Origin: Intoshia linei
Taxonomy: Eukaryota > Animalia > Orthonectida
DNA: 59,927 nucleotides
Assembly (NCBI GenBank): GCA_001642005.1
Contig: LWCA01000075.1
Coordinates: 1-59,927, forward strand
Direction: 5' to 3'
Shown here one piece after another: positions 37,001 to 51,388 of the stretch (the first letter of the stretch is position 1; every line of letters begins with the position of its first letter). A program made the translations under genes and the position numbers. The notes under the pieces are model-generated. The model saw only the letters and a list, made by a program, of their open reading frames with translations, searched no databases and was not told the origin of the DNA.

Positions 37001-40000
37001 ATTCAAATTATCAGATTAACTTTAAATTTCAAGGCTTCAACTGGCTGTTATGGAAAATATATTTCGAAGGTCAGAGGAAATAATGGTACAAATCAACAAT
37101 GTTGATTTAACATAAAATTACAGATTACTAAATTTTAAGGAAGCGTTTATGATCAATCTATGATGATTATGAATATGATGCATGATGCTATGATTCTATC
37201 TGTGAAACCATTTATTCAAATTCAGTTTATTCGGTATAAAAAGTAAAAAAAATCATACATGTTGTCAAAATACCAAATTACCTTTTATATAAAAATAAAA
37301 TCAGTCATATAGCTTTGAAAAACATATTTTTATACAGTTATTAAAATCGTAAGCATTATCTAATTTTAACTACAAAAACTTAATTCTTCATGGTCAAAAT
37401 CACAAATTACATATTATTTTTAAAAAAAAACAACATGTTGCTACTGTCTTTTCTCGATTATAAGCAGACCCCTGAAATAAAAATTTTCAGTGAAATTTTT
37501 AACTAAATAAAATTTGAATATAAGCAGTTTCTGCTTGTATTCGATAGTAATTAATTTAAACAAAAAATAGAAAACATATCAATTTATTTCTAAAAAATAA
37601 CTTCTTTCATACAATAGAATGTCTAATTTATAAGTTTATACTAATTAGAAAAAACTTTTAGTGTATTTTTTATATTTTTCGAGGCCTGCTTAAAAGTCTG
37701 CTTGTTTTTGATTATAAGTATTTTTCCTTCTACTCTCGAATATAAGAAGATTTCTTATAATTGAGAAAAGACAGTAGAATTTAAAAATTTTTTTAAATTC
37801 ACACATTTCTATATGGCCACAATTTCAATATCAGCAAATAAAATTTTCCTTATTAATAGTATGTAAATGAAAAAGAGTTAATTCTGCCCGCCCATGTCGT
37901 CCATCCAGTCCATCTAATTAAATTAAACTTAAATTAGATATGTATAATGCAGTAATGCCGTTAATTCATACTTATATAAATTAAAAGTTTATAAAGGTTT
38001 GCGTTTTCGTCTGTGTGTAACCATTTATACAAGTGGTTCCCGATTGGGGTCCTTGGATCCATTAGGTCCAAAACTATATGCTTGGGTCCGTGAGATTCAA
38101 ATAAAATTATAAAAAAAATTTATTAACTTTTGTTTATTTTTAATATTTATTACAAAGTTGTCAGATTATGGGAATTTATACCTAAGCCTAGGCGACAGCT
38201 ACATTATTATTTCAAAAATCCCACTTTTATCCGACCATTAATAAAATTTAATAAAAAATACCATTTATTCTAAAAAAATCTAAAAATCTAATTTATTGAT
38301 ATTTTTTTGAAAAACACGATTTTACCAAATCTAATTCAGTGTCTCCTGACTGTGAGGCCTAGGAATTTCACGAATTTATTGAAAAATAATAATTAAATAA
38401 TTTTTAATAATTATGAAAAATGTAATGTTAATTTTTTACAAAACTAGTTTGATTGTTATATACTTTGTACAAACATCAGCTAGCTCTGTAATAATTTTAA
38501 AACCGATTTTTAATTGATTTTATGTTATTGATGTTGTGATTTATAATAATACTTATGATTTTAAAAATTATCCAGAATTTATGTTTTATAAAAATCTGTA
38601 ACCTTTTTCATTTTTAAAAATGAGTTATTTGAGGTTTGAAAATATATGTTTCTGAGGTTGAGATTTACGACAATGTTAATGATGTTAAAACGTCACAAAC
38701 GTCAGAATTTATGCTCTTTTAAAAATTATAAGATTGATTTTATCATTTATTAAAAAAATAATTTATGTTTTTGTCCCTGAAGAACTCAATTCTTAAAATG
38801 TAATTTGAGATAAAAGATAACTCTCCAAAAACTGTATTATAAATATAGTTTTATTTAATTCTAGAACTTTTATTTTTTTAATTTATTTGAAAGGGGTAAC
38901 ACACACATACATTATGAAATACAATTAACAATTATGTTTTTTCTATGGATTTTTTCAATGTCATGTGTTACTATGCAGTATCATTTAAAAAAAATCGTCG
39001 ATGGCAAGTTTGTCTGTTTAAAAACATTAAAATCCAATAAAATGATATAATCTGTGAGATGCTCGAATATTGTATATTGTAATGAAATGGATGGAAATTA
39101 AAAACAATTTTTTTCAAAAATTTAATTTACTCGTTTATATTTAGGATATATGCCGTATTTGCAAAAATACATGGAGGTACACTTGAAAATCGAATTAGTA
39201 TAAATGGATGCATTTCCGAATTTGATGCTAGCAATGTAACGAGAGATATTATAAGTGCTATTGAATTTCTACATTCAAAATTTATCGTACATAGAGATAT
39301 TAGTACAAACAATATTCTTTGCAAAAATTCTAATTTGGTATATCATTAATGTATATAGTGTATATAATATACACTTTTAATCGAAATTTCCACTTTATGT
39401 TCTTTATGGGGATTTTAAGGGCATTTATTTATTTATTTTTAAATTTTGTAAATAAATAATCCTAGAACACCTTTCAAAATTTGATTAAATAATATCCTCA
39501 AACCCACTTTTAATCTTTTAAAAAAAATTCCAAAAAAACTTTGTACAATTAGTTAATTATTAAGATACAATTAAATTATTTTTAATATTTTGTCACACAG
39601 ATAACTCCAGTTTGTTTATGTGATTTCAACTCATCTTCCCAAACAAAAGATCGCAAAAGACACAGACTAAAATCATTCAGAGGGACACCTGACTACATAG
39701 CACCCGAAGTAATATCAGTATTGACAACAACAAACGCATACTACGATAAGAGATGTGACATATGGAGGTAAATAAAAGTTTATATATACAAAATGTAACA
39801 AACTAAACAATATAATTTTGTATAATTGTTAAAATAATATTATTAATAGTATTGTAGTACAATAATTGTACACTAATTAATTAATCACTAGCTATGTAAA
39901 TTCATACATAATTGAAAATGTTTAGTTTTGGCGTAGTGCTCTATCAAATGTTATGCGGTAGAATCCCTTTCAACGGAGATTGTAAATCAAACTGCGACTG

Positions 40001-40946
40001 GAAACATGGGGGAGAATGTGCCGACTGTGAAAGCTTAACATTTGAACAGATTTTAAAAGGACATTTAAGTTTTTTTGGAGAATGGAGATATGTCAACAGT
40101 ACAGCAAAAGATTTGATTCGAGCAATGTTGACTGTTGACCCTAAATACAGAACAACTGCATCGAAAATATTGAAACATAGTTGGGTTCAAAATCAGGGAT
40201 ATAACAACAAAATAATTAAAATTCCGTCATACTATTTCTTGCTCAGTAAAATGTACATTAAAGGATTTGCGAATGATTATCGTTTAATGAAAACTTGGCC
40301 ATTTAGTAAAAAATACCCGTCCTTTGCAAAACGTACAGCACCCAACGAAACTAATCATTACTCGGATTCGCAATCTGAAACCACAGTAAACGTTTCAAGT
40401 AGCATTTATTTGGATTTGGATGACGAAAATATTGACCAAATTAATAAAAAACGTGAACATTCAAACCAATTTTCAATTAGTACGACCTATTCGACGGAAA
40501 TAAATTGCAACTTGGCACGTTCCGTCACTTTTACAGTTTCAAATGATATACTTAGCTATAGAACTGATAAAATTGACACTCCATTAGCGCAGTCTTTATT
40601 AATTTTACCTTCCAAATTACAAAAATATTATCCTTCTTCAATTCAAAATCTAAACTGTAAAAAAAATAAAAATCCTTTACGTCATCATTCCAACCCCATG
40701 TTTAAATCAAAAAGTATGCACAATATCTATGATAAAAAAAATTACTTCACATTGAAACCATCCAATTATGCAAATTCTGACACATCCACCTTGCAAACTA
40801 GATATAAATATAAATATTGGAATTACAGAATGAGTGTAATTGCTAGCAAAGATAAGAAACCCACTGGCAATGGTTTTACTATTAAAACAAAGAAATTTTT
40901 CGAATATATCAAAAATACTTTTAAGGCTTGTATGACTTGTGAATAA
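34028..40946 (+). CDS. MKNK: Divergent MAP-kinase-interacting kinase (MNK)-like Ser/Thr kinase with a long C-terminal extension, 5 exons
   Basis: Exons 34028-34208, 34259-34478, 39145-39337, 39601-39767, 39926-40946. LGQGAFGAV, EYAVK, non-DFG motif CDFN, YYDKRCDIWS and the MNK-specific Cys insert FNGDCKSNCDWKHGGECADC. Confidence 0.82.
34832..36365 (+). mobile_element. Full-length IR/DR-type Tc1 transposon with an inactivated transposase (35121-36127), in an MNK intron
   Basis: TA TSD on both sides; TIRs of about 210 bp starting CAGTGTGGTAAAGAATTATTTAC; HTH (GYSGRKIAKKIGVSQKTVS), FSDKSKF, WPSQSPDMNPIENLW; frameshifts and loss of the QDN motif. Confidence 0.95.
37444..37774. mobile_element. 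Tc2/pogo-like MITE
   Basis: TA-flanked 21-bp TIR CTGTCTTTTCTCGATTATAAG / CTTATAATTGAGAAAAGACAG with one mismatch. Confidence 0.85.
38443..38920 (-). mobile_element. Decayed Helitron copy
   Basis: actagttttgattgttatatactttgtacaaacatcagctagctctg terminus plus family internal repeats. Confidence 0.65.
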
Positions 40947-41202
40947 CAATAAATTTACTCACATGTGCTCAATAAATTTTATCGTTATTTCAATCCAATC
41001 CTGTAAAATACGGTAAGTCCAACTATATTGTATTGCCAAATATGAAATATATGTAAATTTTGCCAAGATTAATAGTGTTGATAAAATAAATTAATTCATT
41101 TTCTCAATTTTTTGTGTTAATTGTAAATGATTTGTAAAAAATTAAATTAAATTCATCAGCAGATAAGATTATTTACTAGTATATCAAAAAACTTATATAA
41201 AA

Positions 41203-42469
41203 CTAGGTTCACTGTTATGTACTTTGTACAAACAGCTAGCTTGTCGAGGGCAGACTTTTTTAATTTTACTTAAAAAATAAATTCAATCATACAAATTTTA
41301 CTTAAAAATGCTACATTCACTATTATCAAATTTTAAAGAAGTGGATCCCAAATTTTTATACTTTAAAAAATTAAAAAAAACAATACAAAAAAACGTATAA
41401 ACACTACAATCCCATTAACGGTTAAACTACAGAAAAATTAAAATATTAAATAAACCGTTATTTTTTTTTTATGTGTATATTCAGTATCTGCTATCGATAA
41501 GTAAAAAATATTTTTTATCAATAATTAACCGACTCAAAACTTTAAAAACATATTTCGGGTCAATTTTACCAACCTTTTAATAACGATAAAAATTGCGTAA
41601 CAATGAAAAAAACTGAAGGAATCAATTTATGAGATTTTCACCCATATCTCTTTATTATAAATGTGTAGACATTCAATGCTCACTTTATTTGAAATTGTAA
41701 GACAAATGTTTAATTTTTAGTTTTTAATTTTAATCAAACATTTGATAAATATTGGTTGATAATATATTAAAAATTATTTTTCACCGGGAATGCGTAGATT
41801 TCTGGGGTTAAAATTTTGTATTTATATCAACTGGAATAAGCTGTATTAGAATAATCATTTTTTTAATTGTACGACCGTTAATTATTTCAAATTTTTGGTT
41901 TTAATAAAATAATATAATTAAAAAATGAATAATAAAGTGCTTTTTTGACCATGAAGGCGTCACTTAATCAAAAATGAAATTTTTTTATGTGTATTATCTG
42001 GATATAACTATAACATCCGTAATTTTTTTAAATTCTATGGGTGTTTTCATTTAAAAAAAAGGGTAATCTGGGTTTTTGACCGTGAAAATTACCTTTTTGA
42101 GGTTATTATTTATGATATTGCTAATGAATTTAAAAACCATTTCAGAATTTATGTTATATAAAATTATAAGACTGATTTAATTTTTACAAAAAAGGGTAAT
42201 TTGGGTTTTAACAGTGAAGATTTTGAAATTAAAAATTATCATAATATTGATGAATTTAAAACTTTTCATTAGAATGTGTTATTTTTATAATTCTAGGACG
42301 GATTTGCATTTAAAAACACAGGACAATTTGCGTTTTTAACCTTGAAGGACCTTTTACTCAATTTTTGAAATTGAAATTTGTGATAAACCATGACTCTGGA
42401 AAAACTGATATAAGAATATGGAATTTGTACAACAAAATACAAATAGATTTTGCAAATTATATATAAAGA
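41203..42469 (-). mobile_element. Non-autonomous Helitron of about 1.27 kb
   Basis: A|TCTTTATATATAA 5' end, hairpin plus CTAG|T 3' end; three diverged internal units of about 130 bp (gggtaatYtgggtttt..gaa). Confidence 0.82.
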
Positions 42470-43426
42470 TTTGTGTTTCTGATATGAAATGTCGAAATTA
42501 TATTGTGTAACTCAGTTTAACATGACACGAAACAAATTTCTACTCATTTAAAATGAATATCATTTCAATAGTAAAATATATTGGATAACAACTAACATTT
42601 CCTATCTCTGAAATCGTGTATTATTTAATACATAACTGCAAATGGCAAATTTAAAAAATCATGTATTTAAACGAGATTTAATATTACATTGTATGCTTAC
42701 ATTTTTGAAGTTTTACCTTTTTTCGAAAAAAAGATGACTCGTTTTATAAACCATGATATACTATTATAATATAAAAATATATAGATTAACAGTTTGTGCA
42801 ATACACAATTTATATGCAACACTCGTATGTATTTTTAATACATTAGTAGTCAAAATTCATTATAAATCACAATAATAATGTTTTGATTGACCTTTGATCT
42901 ATTCTTTAAATTCATGAAGTACGTATACTTGCAAAATAACCTAATATACCATAAAAATTAAATGGTAATTAGTCAAATAATACTAAAAAAACGTTTATGT
43001 AATTCTACTGGAGAATCTGATACAATCAGTTTACTACAAGTCAAAAACCCATTTCACGGCATAAAAGTTTAAAATACACTGAAAGTAGATTAAAATATAA
43101 ATAAATAAAAATGTAGCCTAACTAGCAGATATAAAATATAACGCATTTAAAATTAAAATAAATAATGAGTTATTTACGAATAAACTGCTTTCCGAACAAA
43201 TTGCCCCAGATATACCAATCACATAGTAAAAAACTAGAATATCTATTATTCATTTTTGTTTAATTATTTATTGTGAATCTAATCAAAACAATATCAAAAT
43301 CTGATATTAATGTCGTTTATAATTGAATAATTTTCAATTTGATCCAATTCTGATCTAATTATTTATGTTCTCATATTGTAAATTTATAAACATAAGTTAT
43401 TCGTAAACAAAATAATTTGATTTAAA

Positions 43427-46400
43427 ATGGAAATTGTTAAAAATAGGCTAAATTTAGCCGTAAATAATTTGGAAAAGGATTTTATCATTACCAAAAAATT
43501 TGCACATGATAAATCTCGGTTTAAGAATAAAGTTGGGAAAAGGCTTAAACTGTATGCAAATGGAAATAAATATTTTAACGGAAATTTGTTTATTTTGCAT
43601 GCGAGCAAATTTCTCAATTTACGTAAGTTTTTATAAAGAATCTATAAAGGTTACAACATTTACCATGTACTGTTGAATTATTTTTATTTTAGATGATTTA
43701 ATGTATGAAATTAATGAAACGTTTAAAGAAAGGATGAATTTACCTTTTGGGATAAGAAGGATATATACTGCTCAAGACGGTTCTCCCATTCTTAATTTAA
43801 AACAATTTGAAGACGGTGGTCAATATGTTTGTGCCGGATATGAGGGGTTTCATAAAATGGACTACATAAAAACATATAATAAACCAAAATGGGGTATTTT
43901 ATTCAATCATACAATTTATTTATTCATAATATATCGCATGGCTGAGGCTCATCTAGCATTTAACGTTCTTATAAAATTTTGATGTGAGCTTTAGAAGGTG
44001 ATTGGATTGTCGGCTAAGGTTGAGAGGTTTACGATTTTGGGGAACGTTTATTTTCTTTATTGTAATAAAAATGAACCATTTCTTTAACATTTGGTTGAAT
44101 TGATTTTTATATTAGTGAGTTAAACATTGAAAAGATACAATCAATTAAATAACCTTTAAATCAATAATTTTGACGGTATTGTGATTTTTCTGATGATGAT
44201 GAGTCTGGGTGAGAAAATTTAAAAAAAATAAATTAATAAACATTGACCCCTAAACCAGACTGATCAACTTGATTATTTAGATATTTAGAGAATACTAGGC
44301 ATCTACTATATAGATTCACCCAAAGGGTGTACAATCGATTTTTAGGTACACATAACTATTTTTATTATTAGTTGATTAAAAAAACTAAATTTAACAAAAT
44401 CACAAGATCTCAGATAGATAAAAAAGTTTTGGACATATTTTGAATCAAAGAATATACTAAAAATTTAAAAATCAGATATGCTTGCGATACCGGAGTAAGT
44501 CTATGAAAAATTGAGATATGATTCACTTCTTTACTTTGAAGCAATAAAAACGTTCGCATTATAAAATGTTCCAATAAATTTATTTTGTAGTTTAAATCGG
44601 GGCTTCTTAACTACCCGTCCGCTAATTTAATAATATTAATTTAAGGTATGCATGTGAAGTCCTCTATCAAATATTATAATTTATAACGGCTAAATTTTGA
44701 ATAAATTTTTAAATCAAAAAATTGTAAAAATACAAAACTAATTTAAAAATTTTTTTATAATAATAATTTTTACATATACTCGCGATCGACAGAAAAAATT
44801 TATGGGTCTACCTGTTACATGCCATGATTAAATTAGAGTTTTCTAACCATGTGACTCCTTTGTACCGATAACAGGTGTAAATTTTAATTAATTTTTAAAC
44901 AATATAACATAAGTGGTTTTCAACATAAACAAATCGCGGTTTCTTGTTAATTTGCAACAAATATTGTGTTTATAATATATTTTTAATATTGTATATATAT
45001 TTTCTCTGACCGGAAACTATTGCATAAAATTGAAAAAACGTTAATTGAGAAAATTTTATTTTTAAAAAGTACATAATTCTACCTTTCTGAAAATTTTATC
45101 AAAATTAAAATAGAGTCAAATTTTGTCATGGGAAAGAATAACTAAAAGAAATTGATAATGAACGCACAATACTTGTTTATAATTGCTAACCCTATTCATT
45201 ATTAATAGCGTTAAATTTAAAAGTAACTCATTTTAACATGCACCTAGTACACCAACGGCCGTGGAGAGCTAGCAGTATGCGGTCAGATGGAAATTGTTGG
45301 CCTATATAAATTTTTTTTTAAAAATACAGCGTACATACGCTATTTAATCCAGGGGTGGACAACCTTATGATGGTAATGGTCTGGTGGTATATTCTGATAA
45401 TTTGTCGGGTTGGACACATTAAAAATTATAAAATTTATTACCCACTGTTAATATTCAGTAAAATGACTGTGGATTAAAAAAATAAAATCTCTAAATATAA
45501 AAAAATATTTAAAAAGTATTATGCATGTATTATGGATGAAATCATTTCGCGGACAGTACGTTGCCCATCCTTGTTCTGCAAAATTATAATCTAATTTTTC
45601 AGTAAGTTAATTAACAAGACAAATTTGTAAATATTTTCCTTTAAATAGGAATATTTAGAATAGCCGTACGCCATAGTGTGGGAGATTGTAAAGTTTCCAA
45701 ATTTAGACAGAATTTAGACACATTTAGGGGGGTAAATGGGTGAATTAGATCTCAATTCCTTCAATCGATATTTATAATACATTTTTCCGGTTATGCCCGA
45801 CTAGAGGCCAGGCGTTCACTGATTTTAATACACCAGTTGAATACCTAGTTGCGCCAATAAATTTAAAATGCATTAATGACTTTTAATTAACTTATCATAC
45901 ATTATATTATATTGGAAATGTAAAAAGTTTTGAAAATATAAAGTATACTGTTAAAATTATAAATATAAGTCTTCAATACGAAAAATTAAAAATTAAATAA
46001 AAAATAATCGATAAAAAACATTAAATCAGTTAATTAGTATACACATTTAAAACATATACATGTGAATAATTAATCATTCAACACATTTTGTCAGATAATT
46101 CAAATACGGTTCATTTCATCTGACCGATTTGTTACTGTAAAAAATAATTAAGTAAAATAATAGAAACCAAATAATTTAGTAATAAATTATAGTTAACAAG
46201 AACACGTACAAGATTTAGTGATTTTAAAGGTGATAATATGACTAAAATTTGTGAATCATAAAACCAAATTAAATAAAATATGTTAATGATGATAATTTCA
46301 TGATTAAATAATGAATTAATGATGAAATTATTTTGAATAATTAAAAAATCTATACATTCATTAAAAAGATGATTTAAATGTGTTAAAAAATGTAATTTGA

Positions 46401-49400
46401 ACAAATTGTACTAATTAGTATCTAAAATAGCACAGCTTATTTAGCGTTTCCTTAAAAGTTACTTTAGGAATGGCTAACAATTGGAAACATACAGTAAATA
46501 ATAAAATCGATAAACGAGAAAATAACAACTGTGATACTAGTCAAATATCAAAACCAAAAAATAAGAAAAAAAGCAATGGATTAAAAGAATATAAAACAAA
46601 ACAGGTGAAATTACTAAACATTAACAGAAAAAAAATTATTAAACATGGATCATTGTGGTATTCTGGAAAAATTGACATGTATAAAAATTCTGCGAAAGAA
46701 AACATAAAAACAGAAATTGATACAGACATTATAAACTTATCTACAAAGAAAATTAAACCCAAAATCATTAATGTAATTCTAGCAAACCAATCTCCAAACA
46801 ATTTGAATATTAAAAAAAGTAAAAATAAAAAAATAAAATATCTTTTGTACCGTATTAACGATGCAAATGCTTTGGATAAGGTTATTAGAGATCTAAATGT
46901 GGCTTTCGACGAAATTGTAATCAAACATGTTAAAAATAAAATTAAGATTAATCTTCTAAATCAAAACGTTGATAAAAATCAATTCAATAAATTGGACACT
47001 TTATCAAAGAATTCAAAAATTAATAAAACTCAAATTATCAATATTTTCTCGATTAATGCTCAAAAAATTAAAAGTGTTTGGGATTTTTTTCGAAATGAAA
47101 ACTATTACATAGCTAGCAGATATTTTACAGTTTCTTGTCTGGAAGTTAAAAAAATTATTGAAGATATTTATGGTGTCAATCAATATTCAAATGGGTAATA
47201 TTTAAACTTGAATTTTATGGCATTTACATATTATTTTAATTGTTATGTTTAGTTTGATCCAAAGGTGGAAAAAATCGGAAGAAACTCTAACCAGACAACC
47301 TCAAATGGAAGGTTTTCAATGCAAGCCAAATTTACAAGACTTGAATCTACAAAAAAACGAAACAAAAAAAAATGACCCACACGATAAACATGAAAAATTA
47401 ACAATTTTACAAAAACAAATATTAGACGGTAACAAAAGAAGATTAAAAAACCGACAAAAATTGTATAATGAATACAAAAAAATTATGAATACTGACAAAA
47501 AAAGTCTACAAAATGAAGAATTTGGTTTAGTAGAGGAGAAAGGCAAAAGAATCAAACAATTAAAACCCATTTATGAAAAAATTAACAAAAAAAATCCAGA
47601 AATAAGTAAATTTGCAGATTCTTGGGTCCCACCTTCCAAAAAAATTAAAGCAAACTCTATTGACATTTTTGATGGAATTAAAAAAAATGTACCATCAAAT
47701 TCTTCAGTCAAAAGTAAATATTCTAATGGTACCTCATCCAAGAATGGAAAATCTCGTCGATCTAAAAAAAGTTCCATATCACCTGGTGGTAATGCATTTA
47801 CTATGGACGAAAAATCAAATATCGCTGAAATTTCCGTATCTACTCAAGAAAAACGTAATTTTTTTATATATACAAATTTTGTATTAATTGCACATTTAAT
47901 TTAACTTTTAATTTTTTAGCTATTGTACCATCTATATCAAATAGTATACAACAAAATAATGTTGAAGACGATTACAATGTCGGTGCAAGTCTCGGAGACG
48001 GTAACTTTGCTGTAGTCAAAAAAGCAAAAAATAAATTAACCAATGAAGAATTTGCATTAAAAATTATAGATAAAATGAAAATGAAGAAAAAGAAAAATAT
48101 GATTGAATCTGAAATATACATTATGAAACAATGTAAACATGATAATATTGTCCGATTTTATGAAAGTTACCATACTGAAAATTATACTTATTTAGTATTA
48201 GAATTGGTGAAGGTAATGCATTTTTTAAAAAAAAGTTTATATAATAAATTTATTATTTAAATTCAAAATTTAAATATTGAGTTACCATTTGAAATATTTT
48301 TCAGTCTTCTAAGATGCTCTTTCATTAATTTTGATCAATTGTATTGATTTTGTAAAGGGTTTTCGTGGACTAAAGGAAAGATACATTCTGATTGAGGCGA
48401 TAAAATGTTATGAATATTACCTGTACATTATAATTGAGAAAATTGCGCTAAAAATTAACTAATCAATATGGTAACTTGAAAATTGCTAATATCTTATTAA
48501 TGCTAGACAATAGTCAATTTTTGTTTGCTGTATTTTTTATTTACTCGTTAAGACATGTCAAATTAAAAATATTTTCTTTTTAAAATTAATATTTAATTTA
48601 ATTTCTTTTTAATTTTCGCTTTATCAGCATCTTAAAGATATCAAATATATTATTGCGTTTTTTTTAATATTTTATATATTATTTAATAATTTCCGTAGAT
48701 ACAATCAAACATTTTCATTGATTTGTCATTTTTTGTTGACTCGTTTAGTTTTTATGTTAATTACATTTCAATTTGGGAAATTCATGTTTTTTTAAAATCT
48801 AAATTTATATGAATTCGTAAATTTTTATAAAAAAATTCATTTAGGGAGGCGATTTATTTGATTACATCTCAAAGAATGTTAAATTTAATGAAAGAGAAAG
48901 TTCAATAATGATTGAATCTGTTGCAAATGCTCTTTTTTATCTGCATTCTCAAAACATTTGTCACCGTGATGTTAAACCAGAAAATTTGTTGGTAATAATA
49001 ATTATACAATATTACAAATATTTCAAGCTTAATTCAAAAAATTTGAATTAAATTGAATTTCGAAATCAAATTTCTTTGTTTTTATCGTTTTATTTTAGTT
49101 CTTTATTTTTAGTTTAACCTTTTTTAATTTACGTTACTAAATAGTTGACAAAATTTATGATGCATTTGAATTTTACCTTTCTTAATGGTTACTTTGAATT
49201 AAGATAAAATTTCCCTAGATATGGTGTGATTTAAAAATACAATACTATTAATTTATTTTGTTTTAGGTATACCATCAAAACGATAATAAAATTTCATTAA
49301 AACTCACCGATTTTGGTCTAGCCGTTTATGTAAATAAACCATTACACCTAGTTTGCGGTACACCAACATATGTAGCACCAGAAATATTGAATGAAACTGG

Positions 49401-50301
49401 TAATCACTAGAAAAATATGTTTATCAATAACTGTTAATTAGGATATGGATTGGAAGTGGACATTTGGGCTCTCGGTGTAATAACCTACATTTTATTATGT
49501 GGTTTTCCACCGTTCAGAAGTGTTGATCGTAAACAATCTGAACTTTTTGATCTCATTAGAAAGGGTCATTTTATATTTTTAGAACCCTACTGGAATGGAA
49601 TTTCAAAAGGTATTAACTTTTCAAAAATTAAAAATTTTATATAAAGTTAATGATTAATAATTTAAAGTAATGATGCTATATTTCAAAGTAAAATTTCAAT
49701 ATTTTTGGAGTAAACCGTTGGGATGAATTTTTTTTTGCAGAAAATGTATTTTAAAATGTAGCATCATGTATGACAGCATCAATGTCAGGTTTCTCAATTC
49801 GGGGTACATTTATGAAATTTGTAAGTGAATAAAATTGCGATTTTATGTGCTAAATATTCAAATATATGAATACAACATAGAAATTATCCCGATCTAAACA
49901 TAAATCACGTTAAAGTGTAATTGTTTAATGATTAAAATAAATATTTAAAGTGTCATTTGAAATAAAATTAATGCCCAGAGACATTTGTATTTACTAAATT
50001 TTTTAATCTACAATAGTTGTAATAGTTTTATTTAGCCGCAAAAATGTTTATAAGTCGTATGATTGTAGTGTCGACAAACATACGGCATAATGTGTTGCAA
50101 ATATTGAGTAATTCATGGATAGTGTCTAATGGATTACAAAATACCGCAAATTTGAAAATCAGACAGTCAGTTAGACGTAAACAATTGCAACAAGAAGCTA
50201 AATATATACAACAAGGTACAGTTATGCCAAATCTAAACAACAAGATACCTAATTCTAGAAAATCGGAAAAAGGCATTAGAGCTGCCATCTCCATAAAATA
50301 A
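43427..50301 (+). CDS. DCLK3: Doublecortin-like kinase (DCLK3-like): DCX domain(s) plus CaMK-type kinase
   Basis: DCX: [35 protein letters not shown]; a possible second degenerate DCX in the 46468-47194 exon. Kinase: [65 protein letters not shown]. Subfamily assignment is less sure than family. Confidence 0.85.
45350..45573. mobile_element. hAT-like MITE; inverted partial copy at about 21250-21365
   Basis: CAGGGGTGGACAAC...GTTGCCCATCCTTG ends; the first 130 bp or so match the reverse complement of the NHE8 intron segment ending ggttgccaaccctg. Confidence 0.6.
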
Positions 50302-51388
50302 CTTGTCATTTACCATTGTAAATATACACAGTAAAACTTATTCTTTAAATTACTATTTTGAAGGAAAAAATTAACGAAAAACAACATGGTTAAATGTTAA
50401 AATGTTGATAATTTACGCAAGTTAGATTCTACTTATCGGAGAGTAGTTAGAATGGGAATATTTCTATAAATTTTTTAATTTAATTTCTTTGAGCTTCGAT
50501 GTATAATATATCAATAGTCATACCTATCGAGATAACGTTCGTTAGGAATTACAAGATGTTAATGAAAATATTGCATGATCAACAAAAATATTTTAATTTT
50601 AAATAATTTAACATTGATTATTCTAACAATGGAACCATATTATTATATCCAAGACTCGAATGAATGGATAACATTCATAATTTTTTGTTTCATTTGATTG
50701 TTGAGTTTGTTATTCAATTTAAAAATTTCAAGAAATTACCACATGCAAAAGTATTAACAATTTCCGTATCATATTCAATTTCGTTTGTATAATTCATCCT
50801 GGCAGTGTAGCACAAAATCACAGTAATCGTTAATATCAAAAAATTACCCATTTTCAAAATGTATATAAAATAATAAATTATGTAAATTAATATTTATTAT
50901 TGCTACTTTATCATAAAGTTTATGAAATCATATAAAGCTTTTAATTGGTCAAAGTTATTTTTATTTGAACCTAATTTTATTCCTTATTTACAGTTCCCGA
51001 TAGTGGGTCTCAAATTAGTGTGGATGCTATCTAGACGTGCATTTTAAATTTTAAGATTTTATGTAAAATTGAATTAAGAAAAAATATATGGGCCATTCCA
51101 TATAGACTTGTGAATAATTTTATACATTTTCGAAAAATTGCAAATTGACGATTAAAAACACTAACACAACATAATAGCATGCAAATATTTAGTTATTTAA
51201 CAGTAACTCGCCCTAGGGCAGGAATTCCCAACCTTATATATCTCGCGCCTTGAAAAATGTTACAAAGTTGTATTAGTCGCAGTATTAATAGCCATGTGCA
51301 GATTCAAATCTATGCTAACATTTCTACTTGCATAAAACTAAAATTTACAAAAAATGGAATTTTATTATCTATTATAATACTAGTATTA

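Noticed and set aside
44188-44220. Hammerhead-like CTGATGA...GAAA
   Set aside because: No stem II between the core motifs and no identifiable stems I/III.
46132-47777. Minus-strand ORFs here and similar antisense ORFs (1487, 27141, 27322, 27849, 39127, 40707, 43384, 50028)
   Set aside because: Shadows of real exons on the other strand or low-complexity Phe/Leu/Ile frames expected in AT-rich DNA.
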